Assembly: GCA_964438305.1 (NCBI GenBank)
Contig: CAYTKL010000002.1
Coordinates: forward strand, 1 to 34,649
Reading direction: 5' to 3'
Source: an uncultured Dehalococcoidales bacterium
Lineage (GTDB): Bacteria > Chloroflexota > Dehalococcoidia > E44-bin15
DNA: 34,649 nt
In this document: positions 1 to 9,520 of the stretch, piece by piece
How the letters are laid out: each line of letters starts with the position of its first letter
Numbering within the stretch: position 1 is the first letter of the stretch
Position numbers and translations under genes: made by a program
Notes under the pieces: generated by a model
The model's input: the letters and a program-made list of their open reading frames with translations, nothing else
Databases searched by the model: none
What the model was told of the DNA's origin: nothing

Positions 1-575
1 AACGTCAGCAGGTAGTCGATCCACAACACGCCAGCCAGGACCACCAGGGCCGCCAACTGGTCCATGTCGGCAAGAAAGACGACCACCTCGGGCCTCTCTT
101 TCTCAGGGTCCACGTCCTTCAGCGGCTTGAAGACCACGTACTCGTACGGCACGTCGGTTATGGGCAGGCAATCGATGAACTTCAGCACCAGCTCAGGCGT
201 CTTCAAGTATCTCTCGCCGTGGACCATGTCGTCGTACATCTCCTCGGTCATGAACGGCCTTGCCATCTCGGCGAACCTCATGCCTTCCTCACTTCCCTCG
301 TAGCCCGTCGACAGGAAGTGGCTGAAGGCCTCCTCTCCACCGGGCATGTTCTTGTACTGGTTGCCGAAGCCGAGGCCGGTCCCTCCGCCGGGGCAGCCGA
401 AGGTCTTGCGGTCGAACACCACTGTCTGGCCGCGGACGGCCGCCGCCAGCAGGAACATGACGCAACTGAACTTGCCTTCCTTGAACTGCCTGGCCCCTTT
501 CGGCTTTTCGTTGGTGAGGACTATCGCTATCGGCTCGTATTTGAGGCCCATTGCCTCCGCAATCACACTCTCCAT
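1..575 (-). CDS. DUF169 (COG2043) family protein, 3' end cut by window edge
   Basis: Open minus-strand frame runs from ATG at 575 to base 1, with AAGGAG 7 nt upstream. It is absent from the ORF track because no stop lies in the window. My translation is MESVIAEAMGLKYEPIAIVLTNEKPKGARQFKEGKFSCVMFLLAAAVRGQTVVFDRKTFGCPGGGTGLGFGNQY..., which resembles DUF169 proteins. Confidence 0.75.
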   Translation of the reverse strand, partial: MESVIAEAMGLKYEPIAIVLTNEKPKGARQFKEGKFSCVMFLLAAAVRGQTVVFDRKTFGCPGGGTGLGFGNQYKNMPGGEEAFSHFLSTGYEGSEEGMRFAEMARPFMTEEMYDDMVHGERYLKTPELVLKFIDCLPITDVPYEYVVFKPLKDVDPEKERPEVVVFLADMDQLAALVVLAGVLWIDYLLT

Positions 576-770
576 GCCTTCGCTCCTTGACCTGCGTTGC
601 CCCGTCGTGGCTTTGCGTGCGGTGTTGAGTGGCTACTATATCACATTGCTCTACGGCGAGCGACCCTCTTCGCATGACCGGATTGCCCCTGGCGATGGCC
701 GTCTGGCGGGAGCGGGAGCGCCATTGACGGTGCGAGCGCTGGCTGCCATAATCAGAGCGGAGGAGGGCCT

Positions 771-1763
771 ATGAACTGGAAGAACCGGGTTACCGACATA
801 CTGGGCAGCGACTATCCTATTATTCAGGGCGCTTTCGGCGGTTTCGGCACGGCCGCCCTGGCGGCTCCTGTTTCCGATGCCGGGGCCTTTGGCATCATCA
901 CCGCTGGAGCCCTGCGCACGCCGGAGAAGCTGAGGGATGATATCAAGAAGGCACGCTCCATGACCGACAGGCCCTTTGGCATCAACCTGTCGGTTGGCCT
1001 GTGCCCCCAAATCGACGAGATGCGGGAAGTGGCCATCGAGGAGCGCGTGCCGGTCATCTTCACCGCTGTCTACCGCGCCGAAGACCACGGGCGGAGGATA
1101 CACGAGGCTGGCTTGAAATGGGTGCACAAGGTGGCGACGATACACCACGCGCTCGCCGCTGAGCGTCAGGGCGCCGACGCCGTGGTGCTTGTTGGCCTGG
1201 AGGGGGCTGGTTTCAAGAGCGTCCACCAGCTTCCCACCCTGGTTGCCATATCCACCGCCGTGAAGATGATGAAGGTGCCTCTCATCGCTGCCGGCGGTAT
1301 TGGCGACGCCCACGGTCTGGTGGCCGCGCTGGGGATGGGCGCCGAGGGCGTCTACATGGGAACGCGCTTCATGGCCGTTGCCGAGTGCCCTATCTCCGAT
1401 CGCTACAAGCAGGGGCTGGTGGAGGCCAAGCCGTGGGATGCCGAGTACCGCGACCGTGCCCTGGCCCCCCCGAAGCGGGAGGAGTTCGAAAGGGTGATGA
1501 AGGACAGGGGCGAACAGGTAACCGGTGACTGGCTGATGCGGCTGGAGAGGGTGCTCCTCAAGCAGTCTGCAGATGTCCCGCGGGACTGGCAGAGCGGCCT
1601 TCAGGATGACGACCCCGAGGTGGCGGTGAGGATTGCCGGCGGCTCGCTAGCCGTGGGGGTGATCGACAGGGTGGTGAGCGCCAGGGAGCTCATCGACACC
1701 ATGATTCGTGAGGCTGAGCAGATACTGGGTCAACAGGGGACGGTTGGCAGCGTGCTGGCGTAG
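771..1763 (+). CDS. NAD(P)H-dependent flavin oxidoreductase, nitronate monooxygenase (2-nitropropane dioxygenase / FabK-like) family
   Basis: 330-aa ORF with GGAGGAGG RBS. N-terminus ...YPIIQGAFGGFGTAALAAPVSDAGAFGIITAG..., plus IAAGGIGDAHG and GAEGVYMGTRF motifs typical of the NMO/NPD TIM-barrel family. Confidence 0.85.
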   Translation: MNWKNRVTDILGSDYPIIQGAFGGFGTAALAAPVSDAGAFGIITAGALRTPEKLRDDIKKARSMTDRPFGINLSVGLCPQIDEMREVAIEERVPVIFTAVYRAEDHGRRIHEAGLKWVHKVATIHHALAAERQGADAVVLVGLEGAGFKSVHQLPTLVAISTAVKMMKVPLIAAGGIGDAHGLVAALGMGAEGVYMGTRFMAVAECPISDRYKQGLVEAKPWDAEYRDRALAPPKREEFERVMKDRGEQVTGDWLMRLERVLLKQSADVPRDWQSGLQDDDPEVAVRIAGGSLAVGVIDRVVSARELIDTMIREAEQILGQQGTVGSVLA

Positions 1764-1775
1764 GACTGTAGCTGT

Positions 1776-1982
1776 CTACGCGCCTTCGCCGTCGGCGGCC
1801 TGAGGATCGAGGTACTCCTTGAGCTCCTTGCGCAAGGCCTCGAGTTCCTTCCTCGGCAGGTTCTTGGTCAGGGAGCCGAAGTCCTCCGGGATCCACAGGA
1901 TGAGCCGGCCCTCGCTGTAGACACCGGTTCCGGGCGTTCCGTACAGTATCTCGTGCCGCCGTTCCAGTCCGTTCGATTGCAT
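1776..1982 (-). CDS. small hypothetical protein (68 aa)
   Basis: ORF with protein-like charged composition, convergent with the upstream gene. No recognisable family. Confidence 0.45.
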   Translation of the reverse strand: MQSNGLERRHEILYGTPGTGVYSEGRLILWIPEDFGSLTKNLPRKELEALRKELKEYLDPQAADGEGA

Positions 1983-2043
1983 CGCCGGCCTCCTGCGCTC
2001 TGCGCCATCGCCGATGGGACCTCGGCTGGCATAGCGAGGCGTC

Positions 2044-2319
2044 CTAGTCTGACTTCTTCTGTCTCACCCAGATGCGGTACAGCTTCTCGCCGCCCTCTTC
2101 GAAGCACTGGAAGCCGCGGGAATCGACCTCTTCTGTCGCCACGTTCTCCTCCCCGCGCAGCTCCCGTACCTGGTCGAGCCAGTTCTGAAAATGCGCGCCG
2201 CCGCCGAAGTAGACCTTGCGCCACCTGTTGCCTTCGGCGTCCACCCTCTCCTGGACCTCGTTCTCCATGGCCATTCGTTCGGAGGCCGCCTCTTCGTACC
2301 CCGTATCACCCTGGCTCAT
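2044..2319 (-). CDS. hypothetical acidic protein (91 aa)
   Basis: ORF with plausible composition (MSQGDTGYEEAASERMAMENEVQERV...), co-directional with neighbours. No recognisable family. Confidence 0.5.
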   Translation of the reverse strand: MSQGDTGYEEAASERMAMENEVQERVDAEGNRWRKVYFGGGAHFQNWLDQVRELRGEENVATEEVDSRGFQCFEEGGEKLYRIWVRQKKSD

Positions 2320-2555
2320 TGCTTCTTCTCCCTGTCGGCAACGGCGTCAAGCTCTCCCTGAGGGTCTCATCGTGGCCCATTTCCCTTCGTTTGTCAAACG
2401 TGGCGGGTGGGGAATTGGCAGCGGATGAAGATGCAGTTTGAGGCTTGGGGAAACGAAGCTGCTGGTCGAGGCGGTCAGGCGGAAGCTCGTGCCCTAGTGG
2501 GTTTGTCCGCGGCTCTTGAGGCGGCACGCTGAGTAGCCGAGGCCGCCTGACTACT

Positions 2556-3008
2556 TCACGCGGGACTGTCCGGAAGTGGCGGCTCTCGAGCGATGAGCAC
2601 CGGGCAGGGCGCGTGCTTCAAGACGTACGGTACCACCTCTCCCAGCGTGAAATCTCCAAACCGTTTCTTGTAGCGCATCCCCATCAGAATCAGACTGGCC
2701 TCTCTCTCCACAGCCTCCTCCACGATGGCGGGCCCTGCCTCCCGAGCCTGCAGTATGCTGGTCTCAACCACGCAGTCCCCCTCGGCAGCGGTATCTCTGA
2801 CTTGTTCCAGCACCTGCTCCGCTTTTCTGATCTTGGACTCGATCTCGGCGTCAAGGGATGTGCTGCGCTCCAACTCGATAACGTAGAGTACATGGATTGT
2901 GGACTCAGGCCCCTTCCCCAGAGTGCAGGCGAGCGTGATTGCGGATTCCCAACCGCCCTGTCCGCTGACAGGGACCAGCATTCTATCGACGTCCAAGCTG
3001 AATTTCAC
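2556..3008 (-). CDS. universal stress protein (UspA family)
   Basis: The C-terminal 140 aa of track ORF 2556..3191 show the Usp pattern: MLVPVSG..., ...LILMGMRYKKRFGDFTLGEVVPYVLKHAPCPVLI. The N-terminal 60 aa of the long ORF look non-coding. Start is ambiguous between GTG 3008 and ATG 2981. Confidence 0.8.
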   Translation of the reverse strand: MKFSLDVDRMLVPVSGQGGWESAITLACTLGKGPESTIHVLYVIELERSTSLDAEIESKIRKAEQVLEQVRDTAAEGDCVVETSILQAREAGPAIVEEAVEREASLILMGMRYKKRFGDFTLGEVVPYVLKHAPCPVLIAREPPLPDSPA

Positions 3009-3280
3009 CCATTCCCATATCAGCGAGATTTTAGTCCAGCCAACCCTTCGATGCAACCCCCCCAGCGACAGGTCGTGTGTTCCGGCGTCTTGAGGGCATG
3101 GCGCGAATGAGCCGGTGCGGCCCAGAAAGAACCAGTCGTGCACTGTCTCGGGGTTGCCACCCCTGGTCGGCCGGCAGGAAAAGATGTGCAACGGCTGCGG
3201 AAGTTTTCAAAGCGTTGGGACAGTGGTATTATTGGGTGCTGAAGGAGCGCTTGCCTGGAGACGTCGGAGCCTGACATACC

Positions 3281-4645
3281 GTGTACATCGTTGTCGTCGG
3301 CGCTGGGGTAGGAGGATACAGCATCGCGTCCATGCTTTCGAGAGGAGGGCATGGCGTGGTGGTAATTGACCAATCCGAGGCGGCGCTGGACAGCGTCCGC
3401 CGCTACCTCGACGTGAAGACTATCCTCGGCAGCGGTTCGAACCCCAGGGTATTGCGAGAGGCCGAGGCGCCGTCCGCCGACCTCCTCATCGCCTTTACCG
3501 TGAGCGACGAAGTCAATATGGTCGCATGCCTGCTGGCCAAGGCGCTGGGGACCAAGAGGACGGTAGCCAGGGTGCGCAATCCCGAGTATACCGGCTATCT
3601 GGTAACCGATGCCAAGTCCCCGGTGGGGCGGCGGCGGGTGGTCACGCCGCAGACCCTGGGGATAAGCCTCTTCGTCAACCCCGACGTAATGGCCGCGGAA
3701 GAAATCGTCGATATCCTGTCCAGCCTGTACACAACGTCGATGGAGGAGTTCGCCGACGGCCGTGTACAGGTAAGGGAGTTCATTGTCCAGGGCGAGGCAG
3801 TTGTGGACAAACCACTCAGTGCCGTCGTCTTTCCGCGGCCCTGCGTCGTTGCCGCCATCTTGCGTTCCAGTGAAGTGCTGATGCCGCCCGGCGATGAGGT
3901 TCTGCAGGAAGACGACCGCCTTCTGGTGGTCTCGTCAAAAGAGGCTGCGGACGAGATGGAGGCTGCCTTCGGCCAGACAAAGGCGAAGGCGAAGAGGGTT
4001 ATGATCCTTGGTGGGGAGCATGTGGGGTTCCGCCTTGCCCAGTTGCTGGAGAAACGTGCCATCGCGGTCAAGCTCGTTGAGCCGGACCCGGCACGCTCCC
4101 ACGAGGTGGCCGGGTTGCTGACGCGAACCGAGGTGGTGCAGGGTGAGGGCACCGACAGCGAGTTTCTCCTCGATGAGGGAGTGACCTCGGCCGACGCCTT
4201 CATAGCAGCGACAACGGATGACGAGTTCAACATACTCATCGCTCTACTGGCCAAGAACCTTGGAGCCGGTCGCAGCCTGGCGGTGGTGGAGAGGGCACAG
4301 TACGTCGCGCTGGCCCAGGCCATTGGCCTGGACGTGGTCGTCTCTCCTCTGTCGCTGGCAGCCGCTCGGGTAGTCCGCCTCGTCCGCTCTCCTGCGGTGG
4401 TCACCCTTGCCTTCCTCGCGGGTTCGCGAGTGGAGGCTATCGAGTTCTCAGCGGGCGAGAACGCACGCATCGCCAATCGACGGCTTGAGGAGGTGGAGAT
4501 GCCTCAGGGGGCTGTGGTTGGCGCCATCGTACACGGCGCCCAAACTGTGATTCCCCAGGGTGACAGTGTTGTGCAGCCCGGGGACCAGGTGGTCGTTCTG
4601 TGTCTTCCGTCCGCTGTTCCCGATGTCGAAAGACTGTTTGAGTAA
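3281..4645 (+). CDS. trkA: Trk system K+ uptake protein TrkA (tandem RCK/NAD-binding domains)
   Basis: 454 aa with GTG start. Two Rossmann motifs (VVVGAGVGG and MILGGEHVG), each followed by an RCK_C-like segment. Sits immediately upstream of trkH. Confidence 0.9.
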   Translation: MYIVVVGAGVGGYSIASMLSRGGHGVVVIDQSEAALDSVRRYLDVKTILGSGSNPRVLREAEAPSADLLIAFTVSDEVNMVACLLAKALGTKRTVARVRNPEYTGYLVTDAKSPVGRRRVVTPQTLGISLFVNPDVMAAEEIVDILSSLYTTSMEEFADGRVQVREFIVQGEAVVDKPLSAVVFPRPCVVAAILRSSEVLMPPGDEVLQEDDRLLVVSSKEAADEMEAAFGQTKAKAKRVMILGGEHVGFRLAQLLEKRAIAVKLVEPDPARSHEVAGLLTRTEVVQGEGTDSEFLLDEGVTSADAFIAATTDDEFNILIALLAKNLGAGRSLAVVERAQYVALAQAIGLDVVVSPLSLAAARVVRLVRSPAVVTLAFLAGSRVEAIEFSAGENARIANRRLEEVEMPQGAVVGAIVHGAQTVIPQGDSVVQPGDQVVVLCLPSAVPDVERLFE

Positions 4646-4648
4646 GCC

Positions 4649-6103
4649 ATGAGGGTCGGGGTTGTTCTGCATTACCTGGCGCCATTCCTTGCGGGCCTCG
4701 GTGTTCTCATGGTCGTCCCCCTGGTAGCCAGCCTCATCTACCAGGAGCCTGACAGGGTCCCCTTCGCCATATCAATGGCCGTCACGGTCGCTACGGGTCT
4801 ACTGCTGTGGCTGCTCACGCGACCGCACCGTGGCGGCAGACTCAGCCGCCGCGAAGCCCTGGTCCTCGTTGTCGGTGTCTGGCTGGCGGCGGCGCTTTTT
4901 GGCGCGCTGCCCTACAAGCTGAGCGGCACCTTCCCCGGCTATCTCGATGCCTACTTCGAGGCCATGTCCGGCTTCACTACCACCGGTGCCTCGGTGCTCA
5001 CGTCCATCGAAAGCCAGCCGCACGGGATTCTCCTTTGGCGGGACCTGACTCAGTGGTTGGGTGGCATGGGGATTGTCGTGCTCTTCGTGGCGGTATTCCC
5101 GCTCATTGGGGTGGGAGCGTCGCACCTTGTGGAAGGCGAGCTGCCCGGGCCCAAAGGGCAGCGGTTGACAGCACGTATACGCGACACGGCGAGAATCCTG
5201 TGGACGCTCTACCTTGGGCTGTCCGCGCTGGAGGTCGTGGCGCTGCTGGCGGCGGGCCTGCCGTTCTTCGATGCCCTGGTGAATACTCTTGGCACCATGC
5301 CCACCGGCGGGTTCTGTCTCAAGGACCTGAGTATCGGCGCCTATGGTAGTGTCCCTGTCGAGGTCATTGTCCTCTTCTTCATGCTGCTCGCCGGTACGAA
5401 TTTCCAGCTGTTCTACTTTCTGTTGTGGAAGCGCCGCTTCAGCGTCCTCCTCGCCGACCGTGAGGTGCGCTGGTACCTGGGCATCGTGGCTGCGGCCACC
5501 GTCTTCATCGTGCTGGACCTCGCACTCAATGCGAACTCATCAGTGGGCAATGCCTTCAGGTACGCCACGTTTCAGGCGGTGGCTATCCAGACGACGACCG
5601 GCTTCGCCACCGCCGATTTTGGCGGCTGGCCTCCCTTCTCGCAGTCGGTCCTGCTTGTCCTGATGATAGTCGGCGCATCCGCGTGTTCCACCGGCGGGGC
5701 GCTGAAGGTCATCAGGATCGCGGTGCTGGCGAAGTACGCCTATCGGCAGATACTCCTTATCTTCAGCCCGCGCTCTGTCCGCCCCCTGAAGCTGGCCGGC
5801 AGGGTACTGCCTGAGAGGATGGTATCGGAGATCGTTGGTCTCTCCATCCTGTACTTCGCGGCTTTGGTCCTTGGCTCCATATTCATGAGTGCCGTTGGCC
5901 TGGACTCGATCTCCGCCCTCTCCTCTGTTGCCGCCACACTGGGCAACGTTGGCCCGGGCCTGGGCATGGTCGGCCCGGGGGCGAACTACGCATTTGTCCC
6001 CGACATTGGAAAGGTCGCGCTGACGTTCTTCATGCTCATAGGCCGGCTCGAAATCTGGACGGTGCTGGTGCTTGTGACTCCGGCATTCTGGAGAGCACGA
6101 TAG
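4649..6103 (+). CDS. trkH: TrkH/KtrB family K+ transporter membrane subunit
   Basis: 484-aa polytopic membrane protein with repeated selectivity-filter-like MSGFTTTGAS / TGG / TTTGFAT / NVGPGLG motifs. Lies 3 nt after trkA. Confidence 0.9.
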   Translation: MRVGVVLHYLAPFLAGLGVLMVVPLVASLIYQEPDRVPFAISMAVTVATGLLLWLLTRPHRGGRLSRREALVLVVGVWLAAALFGALPYKLSGTFPGYLDAYFEAMSGFTTTGASVLTSIESQPHGILLWRDLTQWLGGMGIVVLFVAVFPLIGVGASHLVEGELPGPKGQRLTARIRDTARILWTLYLGLSALEVVALLAAGLPFFDALVNTLGTMPTGGFCLKDLSIGAYGSVPVEVIVLFFMLLAGTNFQLFYFLLWKRRFSVLLADREVRWYLGIVAAATVFIVLDLALNANSSVGNAFRYATFQAVAIQTTTGFATADFGGWPPFSQSVLLVLMIVGASACSTGGALKVIRIAVLAKYAYRQILLIFSPRSVRPLKLAGRVLPERMVSEIVGLSILYFAALVLGSIFMSAVGLDSISALSSVAATLGNVGPGLGMVGPGANYAFVPDIGKVALTFFMLIGRLEIWTVLVLVTPAFWRAR

Positions 6104-6216
6104 GGTGACCATGGCCCGCAGGTTCCAGTCAAGGCATGGGAACCGCTGGCCCCCTGCAAGACTCGCCATGAGCCGCATCAGGCGATGCACCAGTATGGGA
6201 TTTGGCGGGGTGTGCG

Positions 6217-6819
6217 ATGGAAGCCGGTAGGCCCGCTTCGGGATGGGTCCTGTACCGCAGGATAGCCGGACTGTGCGGCGTGCTCTCTCCGTTCGTCGGA
6301 CTTGCGCTGGTTGGCGTCGCCATCTACTATCACCCCACCTTCTCGTGGACCGAGAACTACCTGAGCCTTCTCGGGGTCGAGGGTCCGGCCCGCGCCTCGT
6401 TCAACGCCAGTCTGATAGTCGACGCCGTCCTCGCCATTGCCTTCGCCGTCGGCTTCGCCCCGACCCTGTCTTCGCGGCGGCGACTGGGCCGCCTGGGAAT
6501 CGCGGTCCTTATCCTTGGCGCGTGCGCCATGAGCTTCATCGGCATCTTCCCCAGGACCTGCGGCGCCCCGCACACCTATGCTTCGGTGTTCTTCTTCGCG
6601 CTGGTGCCGCTCGGCCTGTTCATCATCGGGGCGGCGCAGTTGGCTTCGTCGAGAGTGGCGTCCGGGCTCTTCACCTTCGCCTGCGGCATTCTCATGGTTG
6701 TCCTCCAGCTCATCCCCTGGCCGTGGGGAGACAGGGCCATAACCCAGCTCCTTGCCGGCATGCCCTGGTCGCTGTGGATGTTCGTCTTCGGCCTCAGACT
6801 GCTGAGGGCGACTGCGTGA
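6217..6819 (+). CDS. DUF998-like integral membrane protein
   Basis: About 6 predicted TM helices and an FSWTENYLSLLG motif resembling the DUF998 signature. ATG 6217 preferred over TTG 6202. Confidence 0.55.
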   Translation: MEAGRPASGWVLYRRIAGLCGVLSPFVGLALVGVAIYYHPTFSWTENYLSLLGVEGPARASFNASLIVDAVLAIAFAVGFAPTLSSRRRLGRLGIAVLILGACAMSFIGIFPRTCGAPHTYASVFFFALVPLGLFIIGAAQLASSRVASGLFTFACGILMVVLQLIPWPWGDRAITQLLAGMPWSLWMFVFGLRLLRATA

Positions 6820-7020
6820 CGAAGACGCGCCGGCGGTACCTCCACAGGGGCCGCTGTGCCGACAATGCCATGCCCCGGCCCGTCTGAGGCGGGATGGTTG
6901 ATAGCCGTTGCCAAAAGTGGTAGCCTATGGCGGCAAAGCGTCCCTGGGCAGGAATCAGTAGCGGTCCAGGCAAACGCTCGCTTTCCTGGCGTAGCGCATT
7001 CCCTGGGGTGAGGGGGGACG

Positions 7021-8451
7021 ATGGCCGTAGAGACCTTTCTGTGGAAGAGACGAGAGAGACCCTCTGAGTTCATCGAAACGGCGAAGCGCATCGTGGGGGA
7101 TGACAATGTCTCCGAGAGGGAATGCGACCTCATTTCCTACAGCACGGACTACTGGCTCTACGCGATATTCCTTTCCCAGCAAGGCAAGTTGCCATCGCTC
7201 CCCTGTGCGGTGATCTCTCCCAGGAACAGTGAGGAAATACAGGCTGTCCTGAAGTGTGCCAACGAGTACAGGGTCGAGGTCACGCCTTTCGGTGCCGGTT
7301 CGGGCGTGCTGGGTGGCGCTATCCCCGGGGGTGGCAGCGCCGTCTTGAACCTGCAGAGAATGAGCAGCTTCATCTCGCTGGACGAGACGTCACTCGTTGC
7401 CCGGTTCGAGGCGGGGATTATCGGCGCGAATCTGGAGCGGGAGCTCAATCACCGCGGCTACTCAATGGGGAACATCCCCCAGTCCCTCTACTGCTCCACG
7501 CTCGGAGGATGGATCGCAACACGTGCGGTGGGGCAGTTCTCCACGAAGTACGGGAAGACCGAAGACATGGTTATGGGAATGGAAGTGGTGCTTCCCGACG
7601 GGAGTCTTCTCAGTATCAAGCCGGTACCGAGGCGCTCCACCGGGCCGGCGCTGAAAGAGCTGTTCCTGGGCAGTGAAGGCACTCTCGGCGTTGTCACCAG
7701 GGCGACGGTATCGGTGCATCCCCTGCCCAAGGCGACGGACAAGCAATCATGGGTCTGCGAGTCCATCGAGACGGCGCTGGACGTGGTGCGAAGGGTTCTG
7801 AGGACTGACGTGAAGCCGGCGGTGGTGCGCATATTCGATGAGGCCGAGAGTGAGCGGTATTTCGACGAAATAGGGAGCAAGGTCACCGTCATCTTCATCT
7901 GTGAGGGTGAGCCGGACCTTGTCGCGCTCGAGAAGAGCGTGGTCAAGAGAATCGCCGAGGAGAGCGGCGGGCAGCCTGCGGGAGAGAACCCGGTTGACAT
8001 ATGGCTTGAGAAGCGCTTCGACATAGGTCTGGGCCCTGTCCTGATGCAGCATGGGGGCATTGTAGACACGATTGAGGTTGTCTCCCTGTTCAAGGACGCC
8101 GCGAAGCTCTACGACGACATGGTCGCGTCGATGAAGGCGGTGGAGGGTGCGGTGGCGATTTCGGGGCACTACTCGCACTTCTACCGGGAGGCGGCTTGCC
8201 TGTACATAACCTTCGCCGGCTTTCCCAAAGACCCCTTGCAGTACTACCAGGACACGTGGACTGCGGCCATGGAAGCGACGCTGCGAAACAACGGTTCCAT
8301 CAGCCATCACCACGGCATTGGCTACTGGCGAAGGCAGTACATGGAGCAGGAGCATGGCGCCAGCGGAGTGGACGTGCTGCGCAGAATCAAGCGTGCTCTC
8401 GACCCAAACGGCATTATGAACAGGGGTAAGCTCATCGAAGATGGAGGATAA
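7021..8451 (+). CDS. FAD-binding oxidoreductase (PCMH-type FAD domain; alkylglycerone-phosphate-synthase / GlcD-like, COG0277)
   Basis: 476 aa. Has FGAGSGVLGGAIP in the FAD-binding domain and a C-terminal SHHHGIGYWRRQYM, which is AGPS-like rather than GlcD-like GEHGIG. GAGGGGGG RBS. Confidence 0.85.
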   Translation: MAVETFLWKRRERPSEFIETAKRIVGDDNVSERECDLISYSTDYWLYAIFLSQQGKLPSLPCAVISPRNSEEIQAVLKCANEYRVEVTPFGAGSGVLGGAIPGGGSAVLNLQRMSSFISLDETSLVARFEAGIIGANLERELNHRGYSMGNIPQSLYCSTLGGWIATRAVGQFSTKYGKTEDMVMGMEVVLPDGSLLSIKPVPRRSTGPALKELFLGSEGTLGVVTRATVSVHPLPKATDKQSWVCESIETALDVVRRVLRTDVKPAVVRIFDEAESERYFDEIGSKVTVIFICEGEPDLVALEKSVVKRIAEESGGQPAGENPVDIWLEKRFDIGLGPVLMQHGGIVDTIEVVSLFKDAAKLYDDMVASMKAVEGAVAISGHYSHFYREAACLYITFAGFPKDPLQYYQDTWTAAMEATLRNNGSISHHHGIGYWRRQYMEQEHGASGVDVLRRIKRALDPNGIMNRGKLIEDGG

Positions 8452-9520
8452 GAAGGAGCTCGGCCTGGAACAGATTACGAACTGTGCCATGTGCGCCGAT
8501 ATGTGCAAGCACAGTTGCCCTACCTATCTGGCCACGGGGAGGGAGACCAGCAGCCCCCAGAAGCTGGCGCGTCTCATTGTCTACGAGGAGAAGGGGTTTC
8601 TCGAGGACAGGCAGGGCTTCTTCGATGTGGTGTTCCAGAGCGCCATGTGCGGGGCATGCAAAGCACACTGCATCTATGGCAACCATGACCTGCGAGACTA
8701 CATTCACCGCGCGCGGAGCAAGGCTTTCAGAGAGGGCATGCTTCCCGAAGAGATGAGGAAGCGGGTCGAGACGTTCATGATGTTCGGCAACCCCAACGGC
8801 GAGCGGCCGCTTGTGGAGAAGGGAACGGGAGCCGTCGGCTACTTCGTTTCCTGCTCCGCCTACTCGGATGAGCAGGTCCCCAGGGCGATGGACAGGATCA
8901 TATCCGCGAGCAAGGAGCAGGTCCAGCAGTTCGGCGGGGCGGATATCTGCTGTGGTGCGCCGCTCTACTATGCCGGAGACGTGGAGGGGTTCGCCAAAGC
9001 GGCGGAGAAGATGAAGGGGGAGTTCGAGAAGAGGGGGCTGCGCAGGGTCATCGCCGACTGTCCCAATTGTGTGAAGATGATGACGCAGGCGTACCGGACG
9101 GTGGGAGTTGACATCGATGTCGAGTTCATCCACACCACCCAGTTCCTCCAGGCTCTGCTGGGCGAAGGGAAGATGCGGGTAAGCAAGGCCGATGTTTCGG
9201 CGACCTACCATGACCCGTGTATCCTGGTGAACGACCTGGGTATCTCCACTGCCCCCAGGGAGATCCTTGGGGCGCTGGGTTTCGTGGTGAGGGAGCCGGT
9301 CTACTCCCGGGGGGATACCCACTGCTGCGGCGCCCTCCCTGGAGCGCGGATTGGAGACGCCGACGTCACGCACAAGGTGAATCTGATGCGCCTCAACGAG
9401 CTCAAAGAGACCGCTGCCGAAATGTACGTTTCTGCGTGCCCCACCTGCAAGGCGGTGTTATCGGGTGTGGATACCAGGGACATAACCGAGGTTGTCGCGG
9501 AACGGATTGTCGATGGCTGA
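8441..9520 (+). CDS. (Fe-S)-binding protein with two CCG cysteine-rich domains (GlcF/GlpC/HdrD-like, COG0247)
   Basis: CAMCADMCKHSCP and MCGACKAHC ferredoxin-like motifs, followed by DICCGAPLY and THCCGALPG CCG motifs. Overlaps the upstream gene by 11 nt. Confidence 0.85.
   Translation: MEDKKELGLEQITNCAMCADMCKHSCPTYLATGRETSSPQKLARLIVYEEKGFLEDRQGFFDVVFQSAMCGACKAHCIYGNHDLRDYIHRARSKAFREGMLPEEMRKRVETFMMFGNPNGERPLVEKGTGAVGYFVSCSAYSDEQVPRAMDRIISASKEQVQQFGGADICCGAPLYYAGDVEGFAKAAEKMKGEFEKRGLRRVIADCPNCVKMMTQAYRTVGVDIDVEFIHTTQFLQALLGEGKMRVSKADVSATYHDPCILVNDLGISTAPREILGALGFVVREPVYSRGDTHCCGALPGARIGDADVTHKVNLMRLNELKETAAEMYVSACPTCKAVLSGVDTRDITEVVAERIVDG

Noticed and set aside
64-774. Plus-strand ORFs 64..303, 219..590 and 346..774, and minus-strand ORF 289..675.
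   Set aside because: - All overlap the well-supported DUF169 frame on the minus strand (1..575), or its upstream region, in other frames.
- Their compositions are not protein-like.
2982-3191. N-terminal 60-70 aa extension of the Usp ORF (track start 3191).
   Set aside because: The extension (MHIFSCRPTRGGNPETVHDWFF...) has no Usp similarity. It would make the protein about 70 aa longer than the ~140-150-aa single-domain Usp core recognisable in this ORF. Internal starts at 3008 or 2981 fit the conserved ...LVPV... beginning.
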